A stretch of DNA of 63,503 bases, the filler included, from Asterionella formosa (lineage: Eukaryota), in assembly GCA_002256025.1 (NCBI GenBank). It is 10 parts of 10 records of this genome, joined end to end, with 100 filler letters (N's around TTAATTAATTAA, not from the genome) between each part and the next. Parts side by side here need not be neighbours in the genome. Positions count along the whole stretch, not along the records: positions 44,542 to 50,796 come from NKIB01012768.1; positions 50,897 to 57,150 come from NKIB01012769.1; positions 57,251 to 63,503 come from NKIB01012770.1; 7 more parts are not named here. The stretch is one strand, 5' to 3'. How positions within the stretch are numbered: position 1 is the first letter of the stretch; each line of letters begins with the position of its first letter. A program made the translations under genes and the position numbers. The notes under the pieces were generated by a model that worked only from the letters and a program-made list of their open reading frames with translations, ran no database searches and was not told the DNA's origin. Positions 47,366 to 59,604 of the stretch are shown here, one piece after another.

Positions 47366-49673
47366 TGTAGTTTATGGTATTCCTTTTCAAATCAACAACA
47401 CTCTGCTGTACATTCATCAAATTATTACCAATGCAAAAATATATGTTTACATATTTCCATTCTCTTGCCTGTTGTAGAATGCTGACTAGCAAGAGTATTT
47501 CCTAGGAACATGCTTATCCCCAATTTAAAGTGACAGGAAACAGATCAAATGTTCTGTAGTATATCCTTGTCTCTACTAGCTAAAGAGGAAAAAAATTCCA
47601 ATTGCAATCCTCTGATATGACATCCTCATTGAATGCTTTATGGAATTTTGTATCATGCAACTATTAGATATCTTGTAATACTGTGACATATAATGCATCA
47701 ATTATAGGGAAATTGGACATTTACTTGCGCACATTTCTTACTAGCTCAGCAAATTAGCCTGGAAAATCAAGATTTCACGGGGGCAAAGGCAGCAGTGTTG
47801 TATGCAACTGGAATAGTAAGAGTCAAGCCCAGTTAAGGCCATTAAGCGGAGCTCCTCCATGGATAAATTTGTTATGCCTTGTTGCCAAGCTTATTTGGCA
47901 CTTCTTAACTCGCTGTATCAGCATATATACTGGAGCTGGTTTCCTTGTATGACATGAGCTTGATAAATCTGTGACATCCACCACTGCACTTCCCCTGAGT
48001 CTAAAAACAAGTAATGAATGTATAAAAGTCACCCAATTTATAATGTTTTTCCAATCTCCGCATGTCCTGCATCCCAACACCCTGTGGCATGACAACATGT
48101 GTGCGCACTATCAATGATCCAATAACTGTGCAAACACAAAGAAGCTTCACATTGAATTAAATAATAAGTTCATGGCTGGCGAATAGCAATGCCCAACGGT
48201 GTTCCAAGATTTTTGTCACTTTACCCTCCTGGCAATATCAATTTATCTAATCTAGCTATTTACCATAAAAAACACAACCTGGTGCTCGTTTTTGTCATTA
48301 CTGTCTTTTTGAAAATTTCCCTCTATAGAGCATTAAAGTCCATACATGTGTGAAACTACAGTCGAAATAGTGTGGTACCTCCTGGTAAGAACGGTATTTG
48401 CTTCAGCAGATACCGTAGAAAGATGCAGTTCATATTTGAAGAGCTCTCCGCAATTATTTCTGGAGTACGTGATATATAACATGCGAGAGGAAATAGCTTA
48501 AAATTGAGCGACTTCGTAGTCTCAATGAATTCGAGCTCTTGAAGTTAATGAATAAATAGAAAGACAATGGTAGATTACGTTTGTTTACTGAGTACCGGTA
48601 TTCAAGCGTGTCAGACCTCAAAAGGCTACCTGGTACCTACTCATTATACAGTAGGAGTACCACTATATTGGATGACATAGATGTGTTCAGACGTGTTCAG
48701 TACTTTGTGTTGTCTTTTTGTGCGTAAAATCGATACGAACCTGCAAAATAATATAGGTTTGTCGTTAAATACAGGACCTGCCGGTACATATTTTTGATAT
48801 CATTTTAACGCACTTTTTCAATTTTTTTATTTAACAACATAAAAAAATCATAGATATTATTCCGCGAGGTCAGAGACAACGAAACAGGCGCAACAAGATG
48901 CATACTACCGGTACATTCCTTATGAAGCCAATACCGGCAAATGTCTATCGTATCTAATTTTCTCCTGAATACCGGGTGGTCCGAAGGACAAGTACCAGTA
49001 TACGGTACCTCGTACGTAAAATGAAGGCTACCTACCTCGTATGACAAACGAGAGAGAAACTAAAAGAATTCTTTACATACAGGTTGAATGTAATTTATCT
49101 GTAACAAGTGAAATATGAGCATAGCGTCTGCTCGCTTCCTGTCGAAACACTTGTGCAGTATTCTTTGGTTGCGATCGCTAGAAAGTGAATGATATTCTAT
49201 TCATACATGTGCCCGTGCGACGTTTCCATATCATACGTTTTTCCCATACTCGTCTATAACAACTCTTCTACCAAAACGGTAAAGTATACCACCATCCTGT
49301 TTGCTGTTTGCTCTGCAATTTAATACCAGGTATACCTGTACAAATTATGCTCGATGAGGTCACAGCATCCACTTGCATGGGATTTCGTAAAAAAGACCGG
49401 TAAAAACGACGACATCATGCACCTCTCTAAAACTCTACGTGTTGTCGTACCGGTATGCATATAATTAGTCTTTCTCTTGAAATCAGTAACACCCAAAGGT
49501 TGCCATCTCTGTTATTGTTGATGGATAGTATCTGTGAGTGGACTTAGCAAGAGCGAGCACAGGAGATAGCGTTGTCCCGCATCGACCGGATCCGTAGCGA
49601 CACCCACATCATAATCTTTATCGGCGTTGTGCAGCATCAAACACACATTTTTAGCCGCCTCGAGTATCGGAAA

Positions 49674-50796
49674 ATGAGCGAACAGGACACGAATAGGACC
49701 AACGCCTTCAGTGATGGTGGCAGAGAACTTTCTGATGAACACCAAGACAACGAGTCGATAAACACGACAAGAAACGATGGAAACGGTAGCATTTCTTCTC
49801 GTGTCCAGCATCATGAGCAAGATGATTATGGACAATCTCACGACCAGAACCCTCTGACAAAGGATGACCACCAGCACGCTTTAGATGGACGAAAGCATTA
49901 TTTCGAGGTTCTGATTCCGTCGGCGAACGCCTTTCGAAGCTCGAGTGAACAGAGTCATAGCAAACGACGGGCTCGTAGTCAGAGCTTGTTGGATCCTTAC
50001 GGTAGCGAAATCGGAAATGTTGACGACGATTTGCGAGAATCCAAGGTTTCCGCTTCGAGCTCAAGGACGAATCCTTGCGGAAGAATATCTGATTCAGATA
50101 ATTCGGAATTCAATTCAATTGGTTGCGGCGACGAGCGCATCTTTCCAGGTCATCCAGATTATCTTGACCAGGACAAGCAATACAAACCAAATACCTCGTA
50201 CTACAAACCATCGCATCGCTATGAATCGAACTACCACTATCAGAAACCCGTTACCAAATCATTGATGACTGGGAGGTCTGGAAGATTAACTTTCCCAATA
50301 CTCCCAGTTGCAACTAAAGTTTTCCGATCGCCGCCACAAGGTTATCAGAAGCGGAGTCAACCTAACGAAGCGTTCCTTGAACGAGGCTTCGGCCAAGAGG
50401 AATTGGAAGAGGGTATCGAAAGAAGATTTGTTCACAAACCCAAAAGTGCTGTTACTGGAAGAATGTTTGCAGCAGAGCATTCCAGCTTCGAGAGCCCATC
50501 CGTAGCTCGTGGCTACTCCAGCGCCTTTGCTGCTTACGAGGACCCCCGCGACTACCCATCCGATGAAGTTGTCGGTACGAAGTTTGTAAGATATCGTGAC
50601 GAATACCCATCTCGCGCAAAACGCTACCACAGTTCTATGGAAGACCGAACTCCTGTTTCATCTCGTTACACGACAAGGAAATATGCCATTGAGTCTGAGG
50701 AAGAAGCTTGGTTACGCAGGCCATTCACGAATATGCAGGACGATAGCCGCTATGGTCGTTCTCAGGCACTTGCATACGATGGAACCAGAATGAACC
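49674..50796 (+). CDS. Hypothetical low-complexity, hydrophilic protein (3' truncated)
   Basis: Open frame of more than 370 codons from ATG 49674 to the gap. No recognisable domain. Confidence 0.55.
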
Positions 50797-51225
50797 NNNN
50801 NNNNNNNNNNNNNNNNNNNNNNNNNNNNNNNNNNNNNNNNTTAATTAATTAANNNNNNNNNNNNNNNNNNNNNNNNNNNNNNNNNNNNNNNNNNNNGTAC
50901 AAAATCAACCGTCAATGCAACCGGGTTGATTTTTTCTTTGTTGTACAATACTGTATTTTCTCGTGATCAAGTACGGAAAAATACCGTCAAGGTATTTTAC
51001 CATCCGCAGTAGAACGATACTTGAGGCCTACAGAAAAATACAACCTGGGTTGATTTTTACAAGTAATACAGAGGTACTAGTCTACTTATTGGTTATTGTA
51101 CGACCGCACCGCTTGGTACAAGAATTGGTGAGTTTGTTACTGGTAAAAAAGGGAAATGGTCCGTAAACCAAGATAAACTCGGACAACCGGCAAAAATTGG
51201 AAAGTTATCCACCACAACTGCAGCC

Positions 51226-52062
51226 ATGTCGTTCTATTACACCTCTTCACGTGCCCTATTGGGTCGTTCTCGCGCACTCACTTGTCGTTGGTTGAGTACA
51301 GAAGGAAAAGAAGCAACAAAACAATCAGAAACTGTCAATGAAGTTCTGAAAACGGCAGCCAAACAAAACGATAAAGGCTGGTGGCACTCTGCTGAGTTCT
51401 GGGGCGGCATTGGAGCTCTTGCTGGCTGGGGTATGTCTGGAGCTGCAATTTACGATGCTACCTTGCAAGGTCCTGAGGTTATCAGTTTGAATATGACCGG
51501 AGTGCTGATTATTTACTCGTCCTTGTTTGCCCGTTGGGCATTTGTGGTTAAGCCACAGAACATGCTGTTGGCTGCTTGTCACTTGGCCAACATCTGCGCT
51601 CAGACCAATCAGATGCGAAGAGCTTTGGAGCACAAGATAAACTCTGGTCGGGAACAAGAAGTCAGGGATATGGCCTCGAACGCGGCTATTGTTGGTGCTG
51701 TGGGCGCTGGCGCTATTCTTGCCGGTCCCATGATGCGAACGACTTTAGGCAACGCAAACTTAGGTATCGTTTCGACCTTTGCCGCTGCTGACGCGGGACC
51801 ATTCACTGTGCACTTCTGGGCACCCATGTCCAAGTGGATGATCAGTGGAGCTAGTTTTCTCGACCTTCACAGACCCACAGAAAAGATCAGTTTGCCTCAG
51901 TACACTGCTTTGACGTTTACTGGTTTGTTCTTCACTCGGTATGCTTTGTTGGTCACCCCCATCAATTATAACTTGTGCGCTGTTAACATCGCCTTATTTG
52001 GATCCAGTTTCTGGCATTTGTGCCGAAAGATCAAGGCAGACTATATCGATAAGAAGGATTAA
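51226..52062 (+). CDS. MPC: Mitochondrial pyruvate carrier, MPC1-like and MPC2-like domains fused in one ORF
   Basis: Arg/Ser-rich presequence. Domain 1: FWG..A.WG...AAIYD...PEVIS..MT..L..YS.LF.RWA..VKPQN.LL.ACH..N..AQ..Q. Domain 2: AGPFTVHFWAP..KW...DL.RP.EKIS..Q..AL..TG...RY...VTP.NY.L.AVN. Confidence 0.93.
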   Translation: MSFYYTSSRALLGRSRALTCRWLSTEGKEATKQSETVNEVLKTAAKQNDKGWWHSAEFWGGIGALAGWGMSGAAIYDATLQGPEVISLNMTGVLIIYSSLFARWAFVVKPQNMLLAACHLANICAQTNQMRRALEHKINSGREQEVRDMASNAAIVGAVGAGAILAGPMMRTTLGNANLGIVSTFAAADAGPFTVHFWAPMSKWMISGASFLDLHRPTEKISLPQYTALTFTGLFFTRYALLVTPINYNLCAVNIALFGSSFWHLCRKIKADYIDKKD

Positions 52063-52212
52063 AGATCGGTGAATGCTGCAACCTCAACTGGAGCAGAAAT
52101 AACAAAGATACCTTTCATTACATTTTGCAGATTTATGATAATAATCATTAGTCTTTTGCTTGCTTCTCTGATTAATTACATCATATCCTGTCGTTGCCGC
52201 TTCTGGTCAGCT

Positions 52213-52569
52213 TTATAATTTTGATTTCGGCAAGTACTTTTGCGCGGCTCCAATCACGGTCGTCAGTTTCATTGCTAGTCCCATATTGCCCTTGACCTTA
52301 AGCTTTCCCTTCATGAAGGCTTGCTGAGCTGTCAGCTGCTTGTCCATAAGTTCTTGAAACGTAGATAGGGACATTGTTACAGTAAGTTCCGCGTTGGAGG
52401 GAATTGCCCCATTTGCCTTTTCCACAATGCCCATCTTCCCGTCGCAGAGCCAATCCTCGCCGTCTATGCACATGATTACGACAGCCTTGAGCTTGGGTTG
52501 CCACAATGGTAACGCCTCTCGAACCGATGCGAAGATCACTTCTGCTGAATATGAATCCATGTTTTGCAT
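52213..52569 (-). CDS. SCP2 sterol-binding domain protein, peroxisomal
   Basis: AQQAFMKGKLKVKGNMGLAMKL signature and C-terminal SKL (PTS1). Confidence 0.92.
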   Translation of the reverse strand: MQNMDSYSAEVIFASVREALPLWQPKLKAVVIMCIDGEDWLCDGKMGIVEKANGAIPSNAELTVTMSLSTFQELMDKQLTAQQAFMKGKLKVKGNMGLAMKLTTVIGAAQKYLPKSKL

Positions 52570-52699
52570 CTATCGAAAATGAAAGGATCTAGAGGTTGTA
52601 GATGAGTTACGACGCCTTCGTCTCGTTCTCTGAGAAAGGACAAGGCGAAAAGCGTTGCACGACAGGTGAGGTCTTCACATCAAAAATTGAGTGTGATGA

Positions 52700-54170
52700 T
52701 GTTAGAGAAATTATTGTAGCAGACATGCCGGCATGAAACTTACCTGCATGATATACCGCTGTACGCATTGAATCAAATCAATCAAAAAGAATAAAGATTC
52801 GACAATGATCTGCACCAGCACAAATAAAACTCATAATTCTATAAAAGCATTTAGGAATGATTGCAATCAACCGTCGTTCATATATACAGCCAATTTGGTC
52901 CCTGACATTTCCTTAAAGATACAGAATGCAATAGAAGGCTTCGGGACACAATTTCAACAGATTTCATTGAATTATCTCTGGCCAAGAAGCAACAGAAGAC
53001 AAGAAACAACATTAGGCAGACCGTGGACAGTCCAAAGACAAGAATTGAGTGTACCAGCCTATTCAGAGTCCGAAGAAGTCACAAAAGGCGCAAAATGAGT
53101 GGAAAGGAAGGTTTACCAATAAGGCTCATGTCAAAGACAAATTCCAAGCAAAGGAAGGGAGCAATAATGCATTTCATACCAAGAAGAAGTCTATTAATGA
53201 CTACAACTACTACCTAGGATCAGCAATGCAGGCATCTGACTGTGAAACCACTACAGAGTACTTGATTACTATATCAAGAAAGTGTTCTACTATGGCAAAG
53301 ACATAGGAACCATGCTCGAGTTACTAGAACCAACAATCACATTGGCATGGAAGCCAGGAATGCAGGTGAGCTCTGCAACTACAGATGAAGTTCGCTCGCA
53401 CTACAGAGAATCTCTAATTTTAAATAGAATTTAAAGATAATTATGACGCTTACAGCAAGAGGGTACAGACCCACAAAAACAATTATACCAAGGCATACGC
53501 GTTGCTCTGGGAGAGATGCAAGAAGGCCATGAAAAAAATATTGAAACAAGATTGGATTACATTAAAATCAAGAATAACCCAATAACATTGCTTGTTGCAA
53601 TTAAAGGACATGCAATAAATTATCAGGAGAATCGATATTCAATGTTGATCATTTTAGATGCAATGAGAACGCTTTTGCCTACAAAGCAGAGGGAAGGAGA
53701 GAGTCTACAAGATTTTACAAAGATGTTTCGTATGGCATGAGATGTGCTCACGTCCCACTTTGGGGGACCTATAACAATCCTAACCAAGAAGTTCATTGAA
53801 GCCATGAATGGGTACAACAAGAAGGATCATACCAAGGTGAGAGATAAATGTCATGAACAGTCTTTCAGTCATTTCCTGGCCTAGTTATACCTTGACAAGA
53901 ATGCGGATAAGGCCAAATATGGATAAATTCTGACCGGGCTTAATACTCAGCCAACAGTCACTCATCAATGATCAATACCCAAAAACAGTATCACCAGCCA
54001 AGTCAAACAATGTTCTCAGTAATCATAGATTTGATATAACAAATAAGGCAGGCAGTTGTAAGAATCCAGGCAATCATAATAAGGATAAGGATCAAAAGAA
54101 TGCAGAGAAGGAAGACAAAGACATGATGAACTTCTCAGTTGCACAACTAGCTAGAAGGAAAATGATACTA
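52700..54170 (+). mobile_element. Decayed Copia (CoDi-like) 5' region: putative LTR 52700-53011 and gag
   Basis: KAYALLWERC..AM...IE.R.DY..IKNNPI.LL.AIK...KQREGESLQDFTK.F gag-like motifs with many stops. A TGTT...AACA-bounded segment lies upstream. Confidence 0.65.
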
Positions 54171-54174
54171 AATA

Positions 54175-56235
54175 CTGTCTATTTCCATTTAGACATTCCT
54201 CAGACTACATCTAGTCTTCGGAAACGTGTCGAAATCAACAGCCTACTAGCAGACACATTCTGACAAGGCAGTGGCCTAAGGTTTGGTTGCAACTGTAAGA
54301 TAGTTGAACAGGGGGAGTACTGTATAATCAATTTTCCTGAACCCCCTGGAGGTTGCTTTGTGGGTACTTCGCTTTTGAATATATAAATCGACCGATAGAA
54401 TACTAGAATACCGAGCCAGAAATACTAAGTAGAAATAGCATAAATGGTTTTTGAATTCGGTGCTAAGTAAACATGTGCCTTTCCCAAATCCGGGTTCAAA
54501 ATTCGCATCCAATCTCCGGGTTCTGCGGCAGTCGAGTTGCGCTTTGTTGATCCACTTTCTAGGCATGACGAAATATGTTAGATGAGCCATGGCATGACGT
54601 CTTGCCCTGCCATTGTCGATCGAGATGTGAATGCTAGTGTATTTGCCAGCAGATGGAAAAATGTCGTTGTCGTGATCATCTTTTGGCTAACTGACTTCGT
54701 AAATTCCGCCAATTGCTTATGGATGTAACTTAGAAATGCGTCTAATTTCCAGTGACCAATTAGCATGACCATGTAGTTTGGCACTCCTGATAGAATCATA
54801 GCCATTGCCGCAGCGCTGCACATGGAGTGTAGTCCTATGTCGAGTGGATCATGTCCTAGTTCTTGATCACCTCCAAGTGCCGTCGCAAGTTTTCGAACGC
54901 GTTTGATGGCGGTCTCGGATTTTTTGTGTATGTGTGGCTCCCGGACTTGTAGGTGTTTATTGTGGAATCTGCGGTTTGTCCAGGGATAGCAAGGATGCGA
55001 TTGACAACACAAGCACCTTGACGGACAAGACACATTATTGGGACTGTTGTGCAACTCAGTGTGATCATTTCGTCCTTCTCCCCATTCTTCTGGTCGCGAA
55101 ATGTGATGCAGATGATTTCGGCAAGATGGTTTGTCGCGCGATTTATTTTGTGTGATATCTGTGTGTTCCTGAATGAAGTGAATGTCTTGGATGCGTAGCA
55201 GTTTGGTGTGTTGTTCACCGTGGATGGTCAAGTATTCACAGGAGCGCATCGCGAAGAAAAATGCTAAAATAATGAGGGGGCCCATGCAAGTGACGACTGG
55301 TGTCATGTCTTGAAAATATGATTTTAAAATAAATTCGATTGTTAACGCTCCTCGTTGATGTTTAACGACTGGATCGGTACATCGGTAAGCAGAGAATTGG
55401 AGGCGTAAAATTCGGTGAGTCTTTCCATGTATGTTTGTCGCAGGGTCAGGTCTGTTGTTCTCCACAAAGGTCGCCGATAGAGATGCAATGGTGTCACCAA
55501 GTGTCGCTGATGCCAGAGGAGTGTCTCAATGTGTACTGAACTCGGCCTGCCGGACGGCATGCGCGAATGCTCCGATGAGTCGAATGCGTTGTTCTGGTGA
55601 GTGGTTTGCAAGGAATGGATTGGTGACATCACAAAATCCATCGGACGCCAGGAATTCGGTCCAAGTTTGGAAGACGCAATTGAGCTTCGCTGTGGTGTTA
55701 GCCTTGGGAGCGCGCCCGATCTGCAGCCATGCATAAGATAAGCTTGGAGGCGATGTCGGTGGGGAGCGGCGAGATGGAGAAATTCGGGGGTATCTGGCTG
55801 GTGGGTGGCCAAGTGATGGATGAGATGTGTAAGTTGTGCGTTTGATAGATGATGGTCATGAGAGAGGGAATCGGCTATCATGTTGTCGTCTCCGGGGATC
55901 CATTGGCTGTAGTTACATGCTTGGGTTTGCTCGAGGATCACAGCAAGCCAGTGAGATATTGCTAAATGGGTCGATTTTTCTAGACCCTGAAACCGTGCGC
56001 CACCGCGGTGAAGCCAATAATCCGCTGTCAAGCTGTCCAGTTGGGAGAGAATACAGCCAGTCGTTGGGTCTGATGTTACCAACTGCGGCTACAGTTGCAA
56101 TGGTGGTGATGGATGCAAGGTACTCCAGTAGGTTCGACACCAGATGTCCCCGACATTCAGTTCGAATTTCGAATTGCCAGGCTCCGCCCGATGTGAGCGA
56201 GAAACCGAAAGAATAAATTTTTTGCATAAAAGTGT
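54175..56235 (-). mobile_element. Tyrosine-recombinase retrotransposon (DIRS/Ngaro-like) 3' fragment: RNase H plus YR
   Basis: RNase H: SNLLEYLAS...SQWIPGDDNMIADSLS. YR: AFFFAMRSCEY, ITFRDQKNG, IGLHS(M)C.AAAMAM, IGHWK.DAFLSYI. Catalytic residues are partly mutated and there are frameshifts. Confidence 0.88.
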
Positions 56236-57288
56236 CAGAAAATGCATAAACCGTCAGTCAGGGGAGTTCGTGATCATTTCTGCAATTCGAAATTTTTATT
56301 TGCGTAAAGAACAAGCAGTCTATTGTCGAATGGCTTAACGTATGTCTATAGTAAGCTGTCAAATGCTGACCTTATAAAGATTCCATAGAAATATGAACCA
56401 GCCATGACAATTAGTATGTACATAAAACTCACTACAAAATTGACATAGAGGAATTTGTTGCATCTTGAAATGTTGTCATACCTTCTCCGAGAATACTGTC
56501 GCTCAGGTTTTCTCATCTATTTCCACAAAACATAGAAAGCCTTATCTAGTCAAAGTTATCAAGCTAATCATCGCGGACTCAAAACTGTCGCTACTTTGGT
56601 CATATCTTAAAAACTGAGCAAATGACGACAAAAAAACTTCCAGCGCCGATTTCAACTTTTTGTTGTCAATACTAGTGCAACAAATTTTATTATTGAACGA
56701 TAATCTTGTTTATGTTAGTCTTCATACACGTGCGAAATAGGAATTGTTCTTTGTCAATATTCGTGAAGATATTCAACTCCACAATTTCGTCATGGTCAAG
56801 ATGGAGTTGCTGTCTCATTGACCCCATCCCACAGGCAGCTGTACAAACACACATGGAAGTACTGCCTGATGGTATCTGGTACCAAGCATGTATATTATTT
56901 AACGCTATACATGCAGAATGTACAAAGTATATACGAGGTTTGTTGTATGTATGATGTGTTCCATGTCGAAAAGCTAAGTACATCTGATACATTATGCATC
57001 CGTTTTCTTGACAAAATGTACAGTACATCTAAGCCGCGAAATACGCCACTTTTCGAAATTTCGTCTACGTATGAGTGTTAATTATGTGGTACTTCACATG
57101 CATTAATGCCACTCTTCACGTAAAAAAGATTACTTTTAACGGTTTCATGTNNNNNNNNNNNNNNNNNNNNNNNNNNNNNNNNNNNNNNNNNNNNTTAATT
57201 AATTAANNNNNNNNNNNNNNNNNNNNNNNNNNNNNNNNNNNNNNNNNNNNTTTTTTTTCTCGCTTTCGCTGTATTCTTTGTGTCAAGA

Positions 57289-59604
57289 ATGGCACCGCCT
57301 TTAACTCCTTCGTGGCAGTCCAATCAGCTACTCGTCCCTTCGATAGTACTTGGCTTGTCATGCGGAGTCGGCTACTTTATCGCCCACTCTGGATCCAAGC
57401 GCGTCTCGTGGGAAAAGACGTCCAGAGTCCTTGCGCGAGAGATTGTTAATCCCACGATTCCCTGGTGGCTCTTGTTGTTTGGGCAACGCGCTGTCTTCCC
57501 ACTCACTGCCTGGTGGATATGGAATCAGATGGGAGAAGATGATGCAGGAGGGACTTATGGAAAGGATCCTGATTTAACCACTCCAGGGCCGCCGAAAGAT
57601 GCAACTCCCAAAAGTCGCAACGTCAAAATGGCCGTCGACGGAAGAAGCGCCTCACAGATGGACACGGTCAAAACGAAGAACTCGACTGGTGAATCTCGAC
57701 CAGTGCCAAATATGGATCTTTCGGTTCTGGAACAAATTGTTGTGCCGCCTGACTTGACGAAGAAGTCATCGACTGAGCCTCAGAGATATTTGGAGATGCT
57801 CGTTCACAATGTATCGCACAAAGACCTGGTGTTGAGCTTGGACGCTAGGGACAATGGTGAGTATTGCCTGTGTCGGCCTAGATTCTCAGCCTTTGATTTG
57901 TACTCCAGACGAATCCTGGCAGCGATACCAGATAATCCTGAAATTGTTTCATTTAGTCGGTACGAACGATCGGACGCTACACCTAGGTATTCCATTGTCA
58001 CCCCAAGACCAAGTCGACAGAAGAAAATTCCAGCTGGTCTCAAACTGCCTTTTGAAGACCAGCGATTGCATATTCCTTGCAACGAACTCGTTAATTTACG
58101 GGTGAGAGGCCGAGATGCTCCTCGTATCGAACGAGATGCTACCGCCACATCATCAAGGCTTCAGATCGATCATGTCTTCTTCCCCCTGCTGGCCACTCTA
58201 CTGCCTCGATGGAATCAACAAATGAATCAAAAATACGCGACCTCGACGCCTGATGTCAAAAAAGTTTTGATTCTGGTCTCTGGCGTAGGAACACCCCGAA
58301 ATTGGACTCACTCCATTTCCGGAAATTCAACGGAAGCGTGTGCCCAGCTCATGGAGAAATTCATTCAACTCCTACACCCCGAAATTACTATTGTCTTGAT
58401 TCATTCTCAAACAAATCTCTTTAGGTACGACGAGAACATCTTATTTGCCAAGCACGAGCTAGTGCCGCAGATTGATGCCTACAGAGATGCTCATGCCAAA
58501 AACCTACCATACCCAGATGAAATAGATCGATCGAATCTTTCATTTGAAGTGTACGAAGATTGGCCTTTTAGTCCAGACTGGAAGCAGTCCTTTCATATTA
58601 CCTTGAGTTTTGCTGACGGAACGCCTGCTCGTACACATGCCATTCAAACGTCATTGCGACCCTACAGGCCAGACTTTTTGCACTTTTGGCAGCTCCAGAC
58701 CTTTTGGCACGACACAAAAATTGTGGACGATGACATTGAAATGCATTCTTTTGAAGATATGGAGACTGTTCCTGCTATGGATTGTTCTGATGTGCTCGAC
58801 GACGAGACCAAGTCTGTAATTGTAGAAATGAATGCATTTCGACAAGAGTTCTTGGAATTGCTAGAAGGACGGAATGATGTACGTCAATTTTGGTTACGGA
58901 AAACCAATAAGCCTGTTCTGGCTGTACTGTTGGTCCAGCCGCCAAATAAGCCAGCCATCCTGTATCGTGGAACTAATATGGAAGTTAGTATGCCCACGGG
59001 GAGTTTGTGTGCCGAGCGCAATGTGATTGGAACTGCGTTGGCTAGCAATCCTGGTCTGAAACGAGAAGATTTGCGAATGGTTGCAGTATTGGCTGTGCCA
59101 CTACCGGACCCTGAGGAGCTGATATCAAGGCCTACCAATATCAGTCGGAATATGAGTTTTGCAAGCTATTCGAGCGTAGTGAATAACGAGGACGAAGAAT
59201 GGATAATTGGTGAAAATGACGAAGAATGCACGACGGAGCGACTCGCCAATGTGGTTACAGTCCAGAAATCACCTCCAGTGTATCCATCACTTGGCCAACA
59301 AGTTCCGGCCTTTCACTTGCCGGTTCCAGCAAGTGTTGAACCAACTCCTCCTGGAACTCCAATTCGGCGTATCCACTTATATCCACAAGCACGGGAGACA
59401 ACATCCAAACCAATCATGGGTGGAAGTCGTAAACAAAAGCGCACAGTTTTGGTCCATTCTGCAAAGGATCTAAATCCACTGAAACCCTGCGGTGCTTGCA
59501 ATGAGTGGCTCAAGAAGATTGCCGAGTCCAATCCCTACTTTAAGGTTGTGACTTTCACAGACGCGGGATGCTCTGGAGTCTATGTGTGTCCTTGCCAAGC
59601 GTAG
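57289..59604 (+). CDS. Large protein with C-terminal cytidine deaminase-like domain
   Basis: GTNMEVSMPTGSLCAERNVIG and PLKPCGACNEWL zinc motifs. Intact ORF of about 770 codons with a hydrophobic N-terminus. Confidence 0.85.
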   Translation: MAPPLTPSWQSNQLLVPSIVLGLSCGVGYFIAHSGSKRVSWEKTSRVLAREIVNPTIPWWLLLFGQRAVFPLTAWWIWNQMGEDDAGGTYGKDPDLTTPGPPKDATPKSRNVKMAVDGRSASQMDTVKTKNSTGESRPVPNMDLSVLEQIVVPPDLTKKSSTEPQRYLEMLVHNVSHKDLVLSLDARDNGEYCLCRPRFSAFDLYSRRILAAIPDNPEIVSFSRYERSDATPRYSIVTPRPSRQKKIPAGLKLPFEDQRLHIPCNELVNLRVRGRDAPRIERDATATSSRLQIDHVFFPLLATLLPRWNQQMNQKYATSTPDVKKVLILVSGVGTPRNWTHSISGNSTEACAQLMEKFIQLLHPEITIVLIHSQTNLFRYDENILFAKHELVPQIDAYRDAHAKNLPYPDEIDRSNLSFEVYEDWPFSPDWKQSFHITLSFADGTPARTHAIQTSLRPYRPDFLHFWQLQTFWHDTKIVDDDIEMHSFEDMETVPAMDCSDVLDDETKSVIVEMNAFRQEFLELLEGRNDVRQFWLRKTNKPVLAVLLVQPPNKPAILYRGTNMEVSMPTGSLCAERNVIGTALASNPGLKREDLRMVAVLAVPLPDPEELISRPTNISRNMSFASYSSVVNNEDEEWIIGENDEECTTERLANVVTVQKSPPVYPSLGQQVPAFHLPVPASVEPTPPGTPIRRIHLYPQARETTSKPIMGGSRKQKRTVLVHSAKDLNPLKPCGACNEWLKKIAESNPYFKVVTFTDAGCSGVYVCPCQA

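Noticed and set aside
50897..51065. Short inverted motifs (AAAATCAACC...GGTTGATTTT) upstream of MPC
   Set aside because: Possibly a MITE end, but it is cut by the gap and too short to define.
6273..57250. Regular ~6.36-kb periodicity with TTAATTAATTAA motifs, and apparent gene clusters across it
   Set aside because: Artificial six-frame-stop spacers join size-sorted contigs. ORFs ending in X...LIN and any cross-gap synteny are artefacts.
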